DNA of 64,000 nucleotides from Clostridia bacterium (GTDB lineage: Bacteria > Bacillota > Clostridia > Oscillospirales > Acutalibacteraceae), in NCBI GenBank assembly GCA_030523605.1, contig JAUNIE010000001.1, positions 8,632 to 72,631 on the forward strand, written 5' to 3'. The notes under the pieces are model-generated. The model was not told the DNA's origin. It saw only the letters and a program-made list of their open reading frames with translations, and ran no database searches. Of this stretch, positions 56,577-64,000 are shown in pieces (the stretch's first letter is position 1; each line of letters starts with the position of its first letter). The position numbers and the translations under genes are program-made.

Positions 56577-56975
56577 ATGCAGATTACAGATACAATCGCA
56601 GATTTATTGACGAGAATTCGTAATGCGATTTCCGCAAAACACGAAACTGTTGAAGTTCCTGCGTCCAACATGAAAAAGGATATTGTTCAAATTCTTTTTG
56701 ATGAAGGTTATATAAGTAAGTTTGTTGTGTCGGACGACGGAAAACAAGGTATCATCAAGATTTTCTTAAAATATACCGAAAATAAGAAGTCTGCCATAAC
56801 GGGACTTAAAAGAGTTTCAAAGCCTGGTCTGAGAATTTACAGCAGCGTCGAAGATATGCCTAAAGTAATGAAAGGATTGGGAGTTGCCATAATTTCCACA
56901 TCAAAAGGAATTATGACAGACCGCAAAGCAAGACGTGAAAACGTCGGAGGAGAAGTCCTCGCATTTATTTGGTAA
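56577..56975 (+). CDS. rpsH: 30S ribosomal protein S8
   Basis: [13 protein letters not shown]...GGEVLAFIW. Confidence 0.96.
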   Translation: MQITDTIADLLTRIRNAISAKHETVEVPASNMKKDIVQILFDEGYISKFVVSDDGKQGIIKIFLKYTENKKSAITGLKRVSKPGLRIYSSVEDMPKVMKGLGVAIISTSKGIMTDRKARRENVGGEVLAFIW

Positions 56976-56993
56976 TGAAAAGGGGGGGCAGAG

Positions 56994-57530
56994 ATGTCCA
57001 GAATTGGAAGAAAACCTATAAATATTCCCGCCGGAGTCGAAGTAAAAATGGATAACGGCGTAATAACGGTAAAAGGGCCGAAAGATACTCTTACTCATAA
57101 AGTACACCCGAAAATGAGCGTGGAAATAAATGATGGAGTTATCACGGTTACAAGACCTAACGACCAGAAAGAATCAAGATCACTTCACGGACTTACAAGG
57201 TCAATCATAAGTAACATGATTGAAGGCGTAACGAATGGCTTTAAGAAAGAGCTTGAAGTCAACGGTGTAGGTTATCGTGTGCAAAAGCAAGGCACAAACC
57301 TTGTACTCAATCTTGGTTACTCGCATCAAGTTACAGTTCCTGAAATTCCCGGAATTAAATATGAAGTTAAAGGAAACGTGATAACTGTTCTTGGCGCAGA
57401 TAAGCAAAAAGTCGGTCAGATTGCAGCGGAAATTCGTGAGAAACGTCCGCCTGAACCTTATAAAGGAAAAGGTATTAAGTACGTCAACGAAGTAATTCGC
57501 CGCAAAGAAGGCAAGACCGGTAAAAAATAA
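56994..57530 (+). CDS. rplF: 50S ribosomal protein L6
   Basis: [17 protein letters not shown]. Confidence 0.96.
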   Translation: MSRIGRKPINIPAGVEVKMDNGVITVKGPKDTLTHKVHPKMSVEINDGVITVTRPNDQKESRSLHGLTRSIISNMIEGVTNGFKKELEVNGVGYRVQKQGTNLVLNLGYSHQVTVPEIPGIKYEVKGNVITVLGADKQKVGQIAAEIREKRPPEPYKGKGIKYVNEVIRRKEGKTGKK

Positions 57531-57543
57531 TTAAGGAGCGTGA

Positions 57544-57909
57544 ATGAACATGGTAAACAAGGCAGATAAGAATCAGGCCCGTTTGAGACGTCACAAAAGA
57601 GTACGTGGCAAAGTAATGGGCACAGCGGCACGTCCACGCATGAATGTTTTCCGCTCCAGGAGCAACATTTATGCTCAGATTATTGACGATATCGCAGGTA
57701 AAACATTAGTATCAGCTTTTTCGGTTGATAAAGAATTTGACGGATACGGCGGAAATAAAGAAGCAGCGAAAAAAGTAGGTCAAATGATAGCAAAACGTGC
57801 ACTTGATAAGAAAATTGAAAGTGTAGTATTTGACCGTGGCGGATATATTTTCCATGGTCGTGTCAAAGAATTAGCAGAAGGCGCCAGAGAAGGCGGACTT
57901 AAATTTTAA
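57544..57909 (+). CDS. rplR: 50S ribosomal protein L18
   Basis: [33 protein letters not shown]...[24 protein letters not shown]. Confidence 0.96.
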   Translation: MNMVNKADKNQARLRRHKRVRGKVMGTAARPRMNVFRSRSNIYAQIIDDIAGKTLVSAFSVDKEFDGYGGNKEAAKKVGQMIAKRALDKKIESVVFDRGGYIFHGRVKELAEGAREGGLKF

Positions 57910-57930
57910 TTGAGAAGGAGGGAAATACTT

Positions 57931-58431
57931 TTGGCTAGAATAGATGCATCAGTACTTGATTTAAAAGAAAGATTAGTTGCCATTAATAGAGTTTCAAAAA
58001 CAGTTAAAGGCGGACGTATTTTCAAATTTGCGGCACTCATGGTAGTCGGCGACGGAAATGGTCATGTCGGATTCGGTATCGGAAAATCGGGTGAGGTTCC
58101 GGATGCTATCAGAAAAGGCATTGAAGACGCCAAGAAAAATTTAATAAAAGTTCCGATTAAAGGTAGCACAATACCGCATGAAATCATCGGAGAATTCGGA
58201 GCAGGCAGAGTACTTATGAAACCTGCGGCGCCAGGTACCGGAGTTATCGCGGGAGGACCGGTCCGTGCGGTTGCCGAGTCGGCGGGAATTAAGGATATTC
58301 GTACAAAAGCTCTTCGTTCCAATAATCCTTGTAACGTCGTCAGAGCTACAATCGAAGGACTTAAAAGTTTGAGAAGTGCCGAAGAAGTGGCAGAGCTACG
58401 TGGTAAAACCGTAGAAGAAATATTAAAGTAG
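57931..58431 (+). CDS. rpsE: 30S ribosomal protein S5
   Basis: [36 protein letters not shown] at 57931 after AAGGAGGG. Confidence 0.95.
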   Translation: MARIDASVLDLKERLVAINRVSKTVKGGRIFKFAALMVVGDGNGHVGFGIGKSGEVPDAIRKGIEDAKKNLIKVPIKGSTIPHEIIGEFGAGRVLMKPAAPGTGVIAGGPVRAVAESAGIKDIRTKALRSNNPCNVVRATIEGLKSLRSAEEVAELRGKTVEEILK

Positions 58432-58444
58432 GAGGTCAGCTGAT

Positions 58445-58618
58445 ATGACATTAAAATTAGTAAAGAGTTTGGCTGGCCGTTTGAAAAAACATATTGCAAC
58501 AGCTAAATCTCTTGGACTCAGAAAAATCGGCGATAAAACCGTGCAGCCCGATAATGAGGCTACAAAAGGTAAAATCGCACAAATCGGATATCTCTTGGAA
58601 GTATCTGAAGGGGAATAA
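58445..58618 (+). CDS. rpmD: 50S ribosomal protein L30
   Basis: Below the track cut-off; my own translation is MTLKLVKSLAGRLKKHIATAKSLGLRKIGDKTVQPDNEATKGKIAQIGYLLEVSEGE (57 aa). Confidence 0.9.
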   Translation: MTLKLVKSLAGRLKKHIATAKSLGLRKIGDKTVQPDNEATKGKIAQIGYLLEVSEGE

Positions 58619-58648
58619 CTCGTAGATTTATTATTATCGGGAGGTGAA

Positions 58649-59095
58649 TTGAAGTTGGAATTACAAGATTTGGTAAGTGTTAAGGGTTCAACTCGCAGCA
58701 AAAGACGTATTGGCCGTGGACATGGTTCAGGTTGGGGGAAGACAGCCGGGAAAGGACATAAAGGTCAAAACGCACGTTCGGGCGGCGGAGTACGTCCCGG
58801 ATTTGAGGGAGGCCAAATGCCGCTTCAAAGGAGAATCCCAAAGAGAGGGTTCAACAATATTTTTGCCAAAAAGGTAGTAGCGGTGAACGTCGGGGAGCTT
58901 GAGAAATTCGGTGAAGGCTCGGTTATCGACGCAAACGAACTCATTTCAATGGGACTTGTAAACCGCAGTTTTGACAAAATCAAAATTTTGGGTGAAGGCA
59001 ATCTTACAAAGAATTTGACGGTTAAAGCACAGATGTTTTCGAAATCTGCAAAAGAAAAAATTGAATCTGCAGGCGGGAAGGCGGAGGTGATCTAA
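58649..59095 (+). CDS. rplO: 50S ribosomal protein L15
   Basis: GRGHGSGWGKTAGKGHKGQNARSGGGVRPGFEGGQMPL.RR.PKRGF. Confidence 0.96.
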   Translation: MKLELQDLVSVKGSTRSKRRIGRGHGSGWGKTAGKGHKGQNARSGGGVRPGFEGGQMPLQRRIPKRGFNNIFAKKVVAVNVGELEKFGEGSVIDANELISMGLVNRSFDKIKILGEGNLTKNLTVKAQMFSKSAKEKIESAGGKAEVI

Positions 59096-59096
59096 G

Positions 59097-60422
59097 TTGA
59101 TTAGAACCTTAATAAATTCATGGAAAGTACCGGAACTAAGGAAAAAATTATTATTTACAATCTTTATAATTATAGTGTTCAGAATCGGATCAGTTATACC
59201 GGTGCCGTTTTTGAACGTTGAGGCACTTGCAGGCATGATGGGAAGTTTAGCCGATGGTGGAGCAATACTTGCATACCTCGATACGCTTTCGGGCGGTGCA
59301 TTTGCTCAGGCAACGATTTTCGCAATGTCGGTTTCGCCGTACATTAACGCATCGATTATCATGCAGCTGATGACGGTAGCGCTTCCTTACCTTGAAAACC
59401 TTCAAAAAGAGGGCGAAGAAGGGCGTAAAAAATTAACGGCAATAACCAGGTATTTGACCATAACAATCGGTTTGATGCAAGGTACAGCGTTTTATTTCTA
59501 CCTAAAGAGCGGAAGCTACATGGGACAATCAATAGTACGCTATACCGAAGGATTTGCGGGAATTTTTGTAGCGATAGTAATCGTGCTGTCATTCACGGCA
59601 GGAACTGCGCTTATGATGTGGCTCGGTGAGCAAATCAACGATAAAGGTGTCGGAAACGGAATATCAATTTTGATGTTTGCGGGTATAGTTTCGAGGATGC
59701 CTAGCTTGATCTTAAAATTGGTTGCATATTTCAATGCGGCGCTCGCAGACCCCACAACGTGCGGACAATATTTTGTATATGTACCGGTTTTCGTGTTTAT
59801 GTTCCTGTTCATGATGTGGGTAATCGTATTCATGAACGATGCCGAACGTAGAATTCCGATTCAATATGCGAAACGTACAGTCGGAAGAAAAATGTATGCC
59901 GGGCAAAGCAGCCACATTCCTTTAAAAATAGGTATTGCAGGCGTTATGCCGATAATCTTTGCGACATCGATTTTGGCAATCCCGAACTTTATAAACTTCT
60001 TTGCTCGTCCAACGGGCTGGGTGAAGACTGTTTTGGATTCGCTATCGGTTAACGGACCTGTTTATACGGTTGTGTATTTCTTCTTGATATTAATGTTTGC
60101 GTATTTCTACGTTGCGGTTACTTATAATCCAATCGAAATGGCGAATAATCTTCGTCAGAGCAACGGCGTAATACCCGGAATCAGACCCGGTAAACCAACA
60201 TCGGATTATTTTGGAAAAATCCTTTCGAAAGTGACGTTACTCGGTGCTTTGTTCTTGGCGTTCATAGCGCTTTTGCCAATTGGATTTTCTGCGTTTACAG
60301 GAATGGGTAACTTATCCATGGGCGGTACATCGATTATAATTATGGTTGGTGTTGCGCTTGAAACTGTAAAACAAATGGAATCGCAACTCATGATGAAACA
60401 CTATAAAGGATTTTTAGATTAA
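59097..60422 (+). CDS. secY: Preprotein translocase subunit SecY
   Basis: 441 aa with 10 TM segments. LRKKLLFTIFIIIVFRIGS.IPVP, GALFLAFIALLP and a C-terminal MMKHYKGFL-type ending. Confidence 0.96.
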   Translation: MIRTLINSWKVPELRKKLLFTIFIIIVFRIGSVIPVPFLNVEALAGMMGSLADGGAILAYLDTLSGGAFAQATIFAMSVSPYINASIIMQLMTVALPYLENLQKEGEEGRKKLTAITRYLTITIGLMQGTAFYFYLKSGSYMGQSIVRYTEGFAGIFVAIVIVLSFTAGTALMMWLGEQINDKGVGNGISILMFAGIVSRMPSLILKLVAYFNAALADPTTCGQYFVYVPVFVFMFLFMMWVIVFMNDAERRIPIQYAKRTVGRKMYAGQSSHIPLKIGIAGVMPIIFATSILAIPNFINFFARPTGWVKTVLDSLSVNGPVYTVVYFFLILMFAYFYVAVTYNPIEMANNLRQSNGVIPGIRPGKPTSDYFGKILSKVTLLGALFLAFIALLPIGFSAFTGMGNLSMGGTSIIIMVGVALETVKQMESQLMMKHYKGFLD

Positions 60423-60455
60423 AAATCAGCATCTTGAATTAAAGGAGTTTGACCC

Positions 60456-61091
60456 ATGAACATAGTACTTTTGGGGGCTCCGGGTGCCGGAAAAGGTACG
60501 CAGGGAGCGATGATATCCAAGCACTTTGGTATTCCTACGATTTCGACGGGGAATATCATAAGAGATGCGTTGAAGAGCGGCAGTGAAATGGGTCTTAAGG
60601 TCAAGTCGTACGTTGATAAAGGTCAGCTTGTGCCTGATGAGATAGTCATCGGAATCGTGAAAGACCGCATCAAACAGAGCGACTGCGAAAACGGTTTCAT
60701 TTTGGACGGTTTTCCAAGGACCTTAGCTCAAGCCGAGGCCTTAGACAAATCGGGAGTAAATATTGATAAAGTTGTCGATATAGAAGTCGCCGACGAACTC
60801 ATTTATAAACGTATGTCAGGGCGTCGAATTTGCAGTAAATGTGGGCAGACGTATAACGTTGAGCTCGGCATGAACCCGAAAACAGAGGGTATTTGTGACG
60901 ACTGCGGAGGAGACCTTATTCAACGCGCGGATGATAAATTAGAGACAGTAAAAGCAAGACTTAAAGTTTATTATGACCAGACACACGTTTTGAAATCGTA
61001 TTACGATAAGCAAAATAAGAGGTTGGTCATAGATGGTTCGAAATCACCGCAAGAAATAATAGATTATATAGTAAATAATCTCGAGGCTTAA
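60456..61091 (+). CDS. adk: Adenylate kinase (zinc-lid type)
   Basis: LLGAPGAGKGTQG, GFILDGFPRT, and CSKCG...CDDCGG. Confidence 0.96.
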   Translation: MNIVLLGAPGAGKGTQGAMISKHFGIPTISTGNIIRDALKSGSEMGLKVKSYVDKGQLVPDEIVIGIVKDRIKQSDCENGFILDGFPRTLAQAEALDKSGVNIDKVVDIEVADELIYKRMSGRRICSKCGQTYNVELGMNPKTEGICDDCGGDLIQRADDKLETVKARLKVYYDQTHVLKSYYDKQNKRLVIDGSKSPQEIIDYIVNNLEA

Positions 61092-61094
61092 TTT

Positions 61095-61847
61095 ATGGTA
61101 GTGCTTAAGACGGTACAAGAAATCGAAAAAATGAAGTTGGCGGGGAAGATATCCGCCAGGGCCTTGAAACTTGCGGGAGAGATGGTAGAACCGGGGGTTT
61201 CGACCGGAAAAATTGACGAAGCGGTAAGTAAATATATAAAATCTCAAGGCGCCGCTTCATCAACTCTCGGCTATAGCGGATTCCCGAAAAGTTGTTGTAT
61301 ATCTGTCAATAATGAGATCATCCACGGCATACCCAGTAACAGCTGTATTTTGAAAAGCGGCGACATCGTCAGTATAGATATAAGCGCCAACATCGGTGGA
61401 TATCACGGCGATAATGCTTATACTTTTGCGTGTGGTGATATCGGCGAGAATGTCAGAAAGCTTATAAATGCGACGAAAGAAAGCTTGCAAAAGGCGATAA
61501 GCGTCGCGAAAGTCGGTAATAGACTCGGCGACGTGGGGAATACGGTTGAGGAGTATGTCAAAGAGCGTGGCTACTCGGTGGTACGTGATTTCGTAGGACA
61601 CGGAGTAGGTACGTCATTACACGAAGATCCGTCGGTACCGAATTACGGTAAACCGGGACATGGACTGCGTTTGCGTGAAGGCATGACGATAGCGATTGAG
61701 CCGATGGTGAACGAAGGTACGAGCGAATTTATAACGCTAGACGACGGATGGACGATTATCACTGCCGATAAGAAATTATCTGCACATTTTGAACACACTG
61801 TTGCAATTACGTCATCAGGACCTCTAATTTTAACTGACCCGACATAA
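61095..61847 (+). CDS. map: Type I methionine aminopeptidase
   Basis: ISVNNEIIHGIP, DISANIGGYHGD, GHGVGTSLHE and EPM.NEG. Confidence 0.95.
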   Translation: MVVLKTVQEIEKMKLAGKISARALKLAGEMVEPGVSTGKIDEAVSKYIKSQGAASSTLGYSGFPKSCCISVNNEIIHGIPSNSCILKSGDIVSIDISANIGGYHGDNAYTFACGDIGENVRKLINATKESLQKAISVAKVGNRLGDVGNTVEEYVKERGYSVVRDFVGHGVGTSLHEDPSVPNYGKPGHGLRLREGMTIAIEPMVNEGTSEFITLDDGWTIITADKKLSAHFEHTVAITSSGPLILTDPT

Positions 61848-61862
61848 TTAAGGAGAGTACGA

Positions 61863-62120
61863 ATGGAACTAAAAAAAGGAACAATAGTGTACTCTTTGGC
61901 GGGACACGATAAAGGTGATTTTCAAGTAATAATTGAATACGATGATAAATATGCTAAAGTGTGCGACGGAAAATATAGACCTCTTGAAAGGCCGAAAAAG
62001 AAGAAACTTATTCATATAAAGCTTACGAATACTGTTGTTGATGAGAGCTTTTTGAGAACGAATAAGTCGATACGAAATATCTTGAAGCCGTTCAGTGAGG
62101 CGAAGCGAAATGCGGAATAA
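61863..62120 (+). CDS. KOW-domain RNA-binding protein (common Clostridia map-infA spacer gene)
   Basis: KKGTIVYSLAGHDKGDFQVII. Conserved position. Confidence 0.75.
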   Translation: MELKKGTIVYSLAGHDKGDFQVIIEYDDKYAKVCDGKYRPLERPKKKKLIHIKLTNTVVDESFLRTNKSIRNILKPFSEAKRNAE

Positions 62121-62185
62121 AACTATTTGAATAGGTGGTGAATAGGGGTATAGAATTTAATAATTAAATTTTATGCTCGTAGACT

Positions 62186-62518
62186 ATGGCAAAATCTGAT
62201 GCGATTGAACTGGAAGGCACCGTAACCGAAGTTTTACCGAACGCAATGTTCAAAGTTGAGATTGCGCCGGGACGAGAAATTTTGGCACATCTTTCAGGGA
62301 AAATGAGAATGAACTATATTAAAATTTTACAAGGAGACAATGTCACCGTTGAAATGTCGCCTTACGACCTCACAAAAGGACGTATAACATGGCGTAATAA
62401 GAATAAAGGTTCGAGTAAAAACAAACCTGAGGACGAAACCAATAAAACTGTGGACGACAAAACGGTTGACGACGTAACGGCAGAAGTATCAAACGATATG
62501 GCTGACGGAAATGGCTAA
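62186..62518 (+). CDS. infA: Translation initiation factor IF-1 with a 38-aa C-terminal extension
   Basis: Residues 1-72, [25 protein letters not shown]...[15 protein letters not shown], form canonical IF-1. The tail [38 protein letters not shown] follows in frame. Confidence 0.9.
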   Translation: MAKSDAIELEGTVTEVLPNAMFKVEIAPGREILAHLSGKMRMNYIKILQGDNVTVEMSPYDLTKGRITWRNKNKGSSKNKPEDETNKTVDDKTVDDVTAEVSNDMADGNG

Positions 62519-62545
62519 AAAATAAATAATTGGGAGGGAGATAGA

Positions 62546-62659
62546 ATGAAAGTCAGACCTTCAGTTAAGAAAATTTGCGACAAATGCAAAATTATTAAAA
62601 GACACAGAAAAGTTATGGTGATTTGCGAAAATCCCAAGCATAAACAAAGGCAAGGATAA
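62546..62659 (+). CDS. rpmJ: 50S ribosomal protein L36
   Basis: Below the track cut-off; my own translation is [49 protein letters not shown]. Confidence 0.94.
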   Translation: MKVRPSVKKICDKCKIIKRHRKVMVICENPKHKQRQG

Positions 62660-62692
62660 TTTTAATAAAAACGTATGGAGGTGGGGTTAAGA

Positions 62693-63061
62693 ATGGCCCG
62701 TATATCAGGTGTAGATTTGCCGAGAGATAAGAGAATCGAAATCGGACTTACTTATATTTTCGGTATTGGAAGAACCAGAGCAACAAAGATAATTGCAGCT
62801 ACAGGTGTAAATCCCGATACAAGAGTCAGGGATTTGACCGAAGACGATGTAGCAAAACTCAGAGCTCATATCGAGCAGAATTACAAAGTGGAAGGTGACC
62901 TCAGAAGTGAAATCGCTTTCGATATAAAGAGACTTATCGAAATCGGTTGTTATAGAGGAATCCGCCACAGAAAAGGACTTCCGGTTCGTGGACAGCGTTC
63001 AAAGACGAATGCAAGAACCAGAAAAGGTCCGAGAAAAACCATGGCAGGCAAAAAAGGTTAA
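62693..63061 (+). CDS. rpsM: 30S ribosomal protein S13
   Basis: [29 protein letters not shown] at 62693. Confidence 0.96.
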   Translation: MARISGVDLPRDKRIEIGLTYIFGIGRTRATKIIAATGVNPDTRVRDLTEDDVAKLRAHIEQNYKVEGDLRSEIAFDIKRLIEIGCYRGIRHRKGLPVRGQRSKTNARTRKGPRKTMAGKKG

Positions 63062-63081
63062 TGTGAAGGAGGAATAGTTTA

Positions 63082-63474
63082 ATGGCAGAAAAGAAAGTGA
63101 CTGTTCGCAGACGCCGTGACAGAAAGAACATCGAACGTGGCGCAGCACATATACAGTCAACGTTTAACAATACAATAGTAACAATTTCAGACATCAACGG
63201 TAACGCAATTTCATGGGCTAGTGCCGGCGGACTCGGATTCAGAGGTTCAAAGAAATCCACACCGTTCGCAGCTCAGACAGCAGCCGAAACAGCAGCAAAA
63301 GCGGCTATGGAACATGGACTTAAATCCGTTGAAGTATATGTAAAAGGTCCGGGGTCAGGACGTGAAGCAGCAATACGTGCGCTTCAGGCAGCGGGACTTG
63401 ATGTAACAATGATTAAGGACGTAACACCGATTCCGCATAATGGTTGTCGTCCGCCGAAAAGAAGACGTGTTTAA
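63082..63474 (+). CDS. rpsK: 30S ribosomal protein S11
   Basis: [38 protein letters not shown]. Confidence 0.96.
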   Translation: MAEKKVTVRRRRDRKNIERGAAHIQSTFNNTIVTISDINGNAISWASAGGLGFRGSKKSTPFAAQTAAETAAKAAMEHGLKSVEVYVKGPGSGREAAIRALQAAGLDVTMIKDVTPIPHNGCRPPKRRRV

Positions 63475-63495
63475 TTAGGAGGTGCAGTAGCAAAT

Positions 63496-64000
63496 ATGGC
63501 AAGATATACAGGAGCTGTGTGCAGAATATGCCGCAGAGAAGGACAAAAATTATTTTTGAAAGGCGAAAGATGTTATAGCGGAAAATGTGCTTTTTCTCGC
63601 CGTTCATACGCTCCTGGCCAACACGGTCAAGGACGTAAAAAATCTTCCGAATACGGATTACAGCTTCGTGCAAAACAGAAAGCAAGACGTTATTACGGAG
63701 TTTTGGAAAAACAATTTTCACACTATTTTGACTTAGCTACAAAGATTAAAGAAGGTAAGACAGGTGAAAACTTGCTCGGTATTTTGGAATCCCGTTTGGA
63801 TAACGTAATTTATCGTTTGGGATGGGCAAGTTCCAGAGCAGAGGCCAGACAGCTTGTTGTCCATAAACATTTCAGAGTCAATGGCGTGAGAGTTAATATA
63901 CCTTCATTCTTGGTAAGAATAGGCGACGTGATTTCGGTTGACGAAAAATCACAAAGTAATGCGAAAATCAAAGGTGTTATTGAAGCGAATTCTTCACATC
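63496..64000 (+). CDS. rpsD: 30S ribosomal protein S4 (3' end beyond the window)
   Basis: My own translation is [49 protein letters not shown]... GGAGG RBS. Open to position 64000. Confidence 0.93.
   Translation, partial: MARYTGAVCRICRREGQKLFLKGERCYSGKCAFSRRSYAPGQHGQGRKKSSEYGLQLRAKQKARRYYGVLEKQFSHYFDLATKIKEGKTGENLLGILESRLDNVIYRLGWASSRAEARQLVVHKHFRVNGVRVNIPSFLVRIGDVISVDEKSQSNAKIKGVIEANSSH

Noticed and set aside
50029-63721. Numerous antisense or alternate-frame ORFs within the ribosomal protein, secY, adk and map genes (e.g. 50029-50514, 51268-51747, 53170-53400, 58062-58499, 62934-63260, 63413-63721)
   Set aside because: Every one overlaps a recognisable ribosomal or housekeeping gene in the canonical operon order.
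1-64000. CRISPR arrays, cas genes, restriction-modification or other known defence systems
   Set aside because: No spaced short direct repeats and no recognisable defence-protein motifs occur in any ORF. The only long repeat is the 1041-bp tandem duplication.

Overview
AT-rich, Clostridia-like (low-GC Firmicutes) chromosome spanning the replication origin. Everything below comes from reading the sequence and recognising motifs; no searches were run. The left arm is on the minus strand: dnaA-dnaN-yaaA-recF-remB-gyrB-gyrA, with three extra small genes interleaved. The right arm is on the plus strand: rpmH-rnpA-yidD ... yidC-jag-mnmE-mnmG-rsmG-parA-parB, then serS, nfo, gltX, glnS, and a complete S10-spc-alpha ribosomal block (rpsJ to rpsD) with secY-adk-map-infA. 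oriC signals lie in the dnaA-dnaN spacer and upstream of dnaA (a perfect DnaA box, near-consensus boxes, a TAG-type trinucleotide run next to a GC cluster). Two perfect parS sites flank rsmG. Accessory material is wedged into this conserved backbone: (1) a signal-peptide protein with a Fic/Fido-like motif between dnaA and rpmH; (2) a ~6.9 kb block splitting yidD from yidC, carrying an orphan 5S rRNA gene with its own promoter and terminator, an orphan three-gene cassette, a small glycan module and secreted orphan proteins; (3) an exact-period 1041-bp tandem duplication fusing the yidC 3' end to the 3' part of a secreted 531-aa orphan gene; (4) a Tlc/NTT-type ATP:ADP (nucleotide) translocase as its own transcription unit just upstream of rpsJ, next to a BspA-like LRR protein; (5) a small two-TM ORF inserted between rplW and rplB; (6) an IF-1 with a 38-aa C-terminal tail. 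I see no CRISPR array, transposase, integrase or recognisable defence system. The most notable theme is a possible host-dependence toolkit (nucleotide antiporter plus many secreted orphan, LRR and Fic-like proteins) embedded in origin-proximal housekeeping operons.
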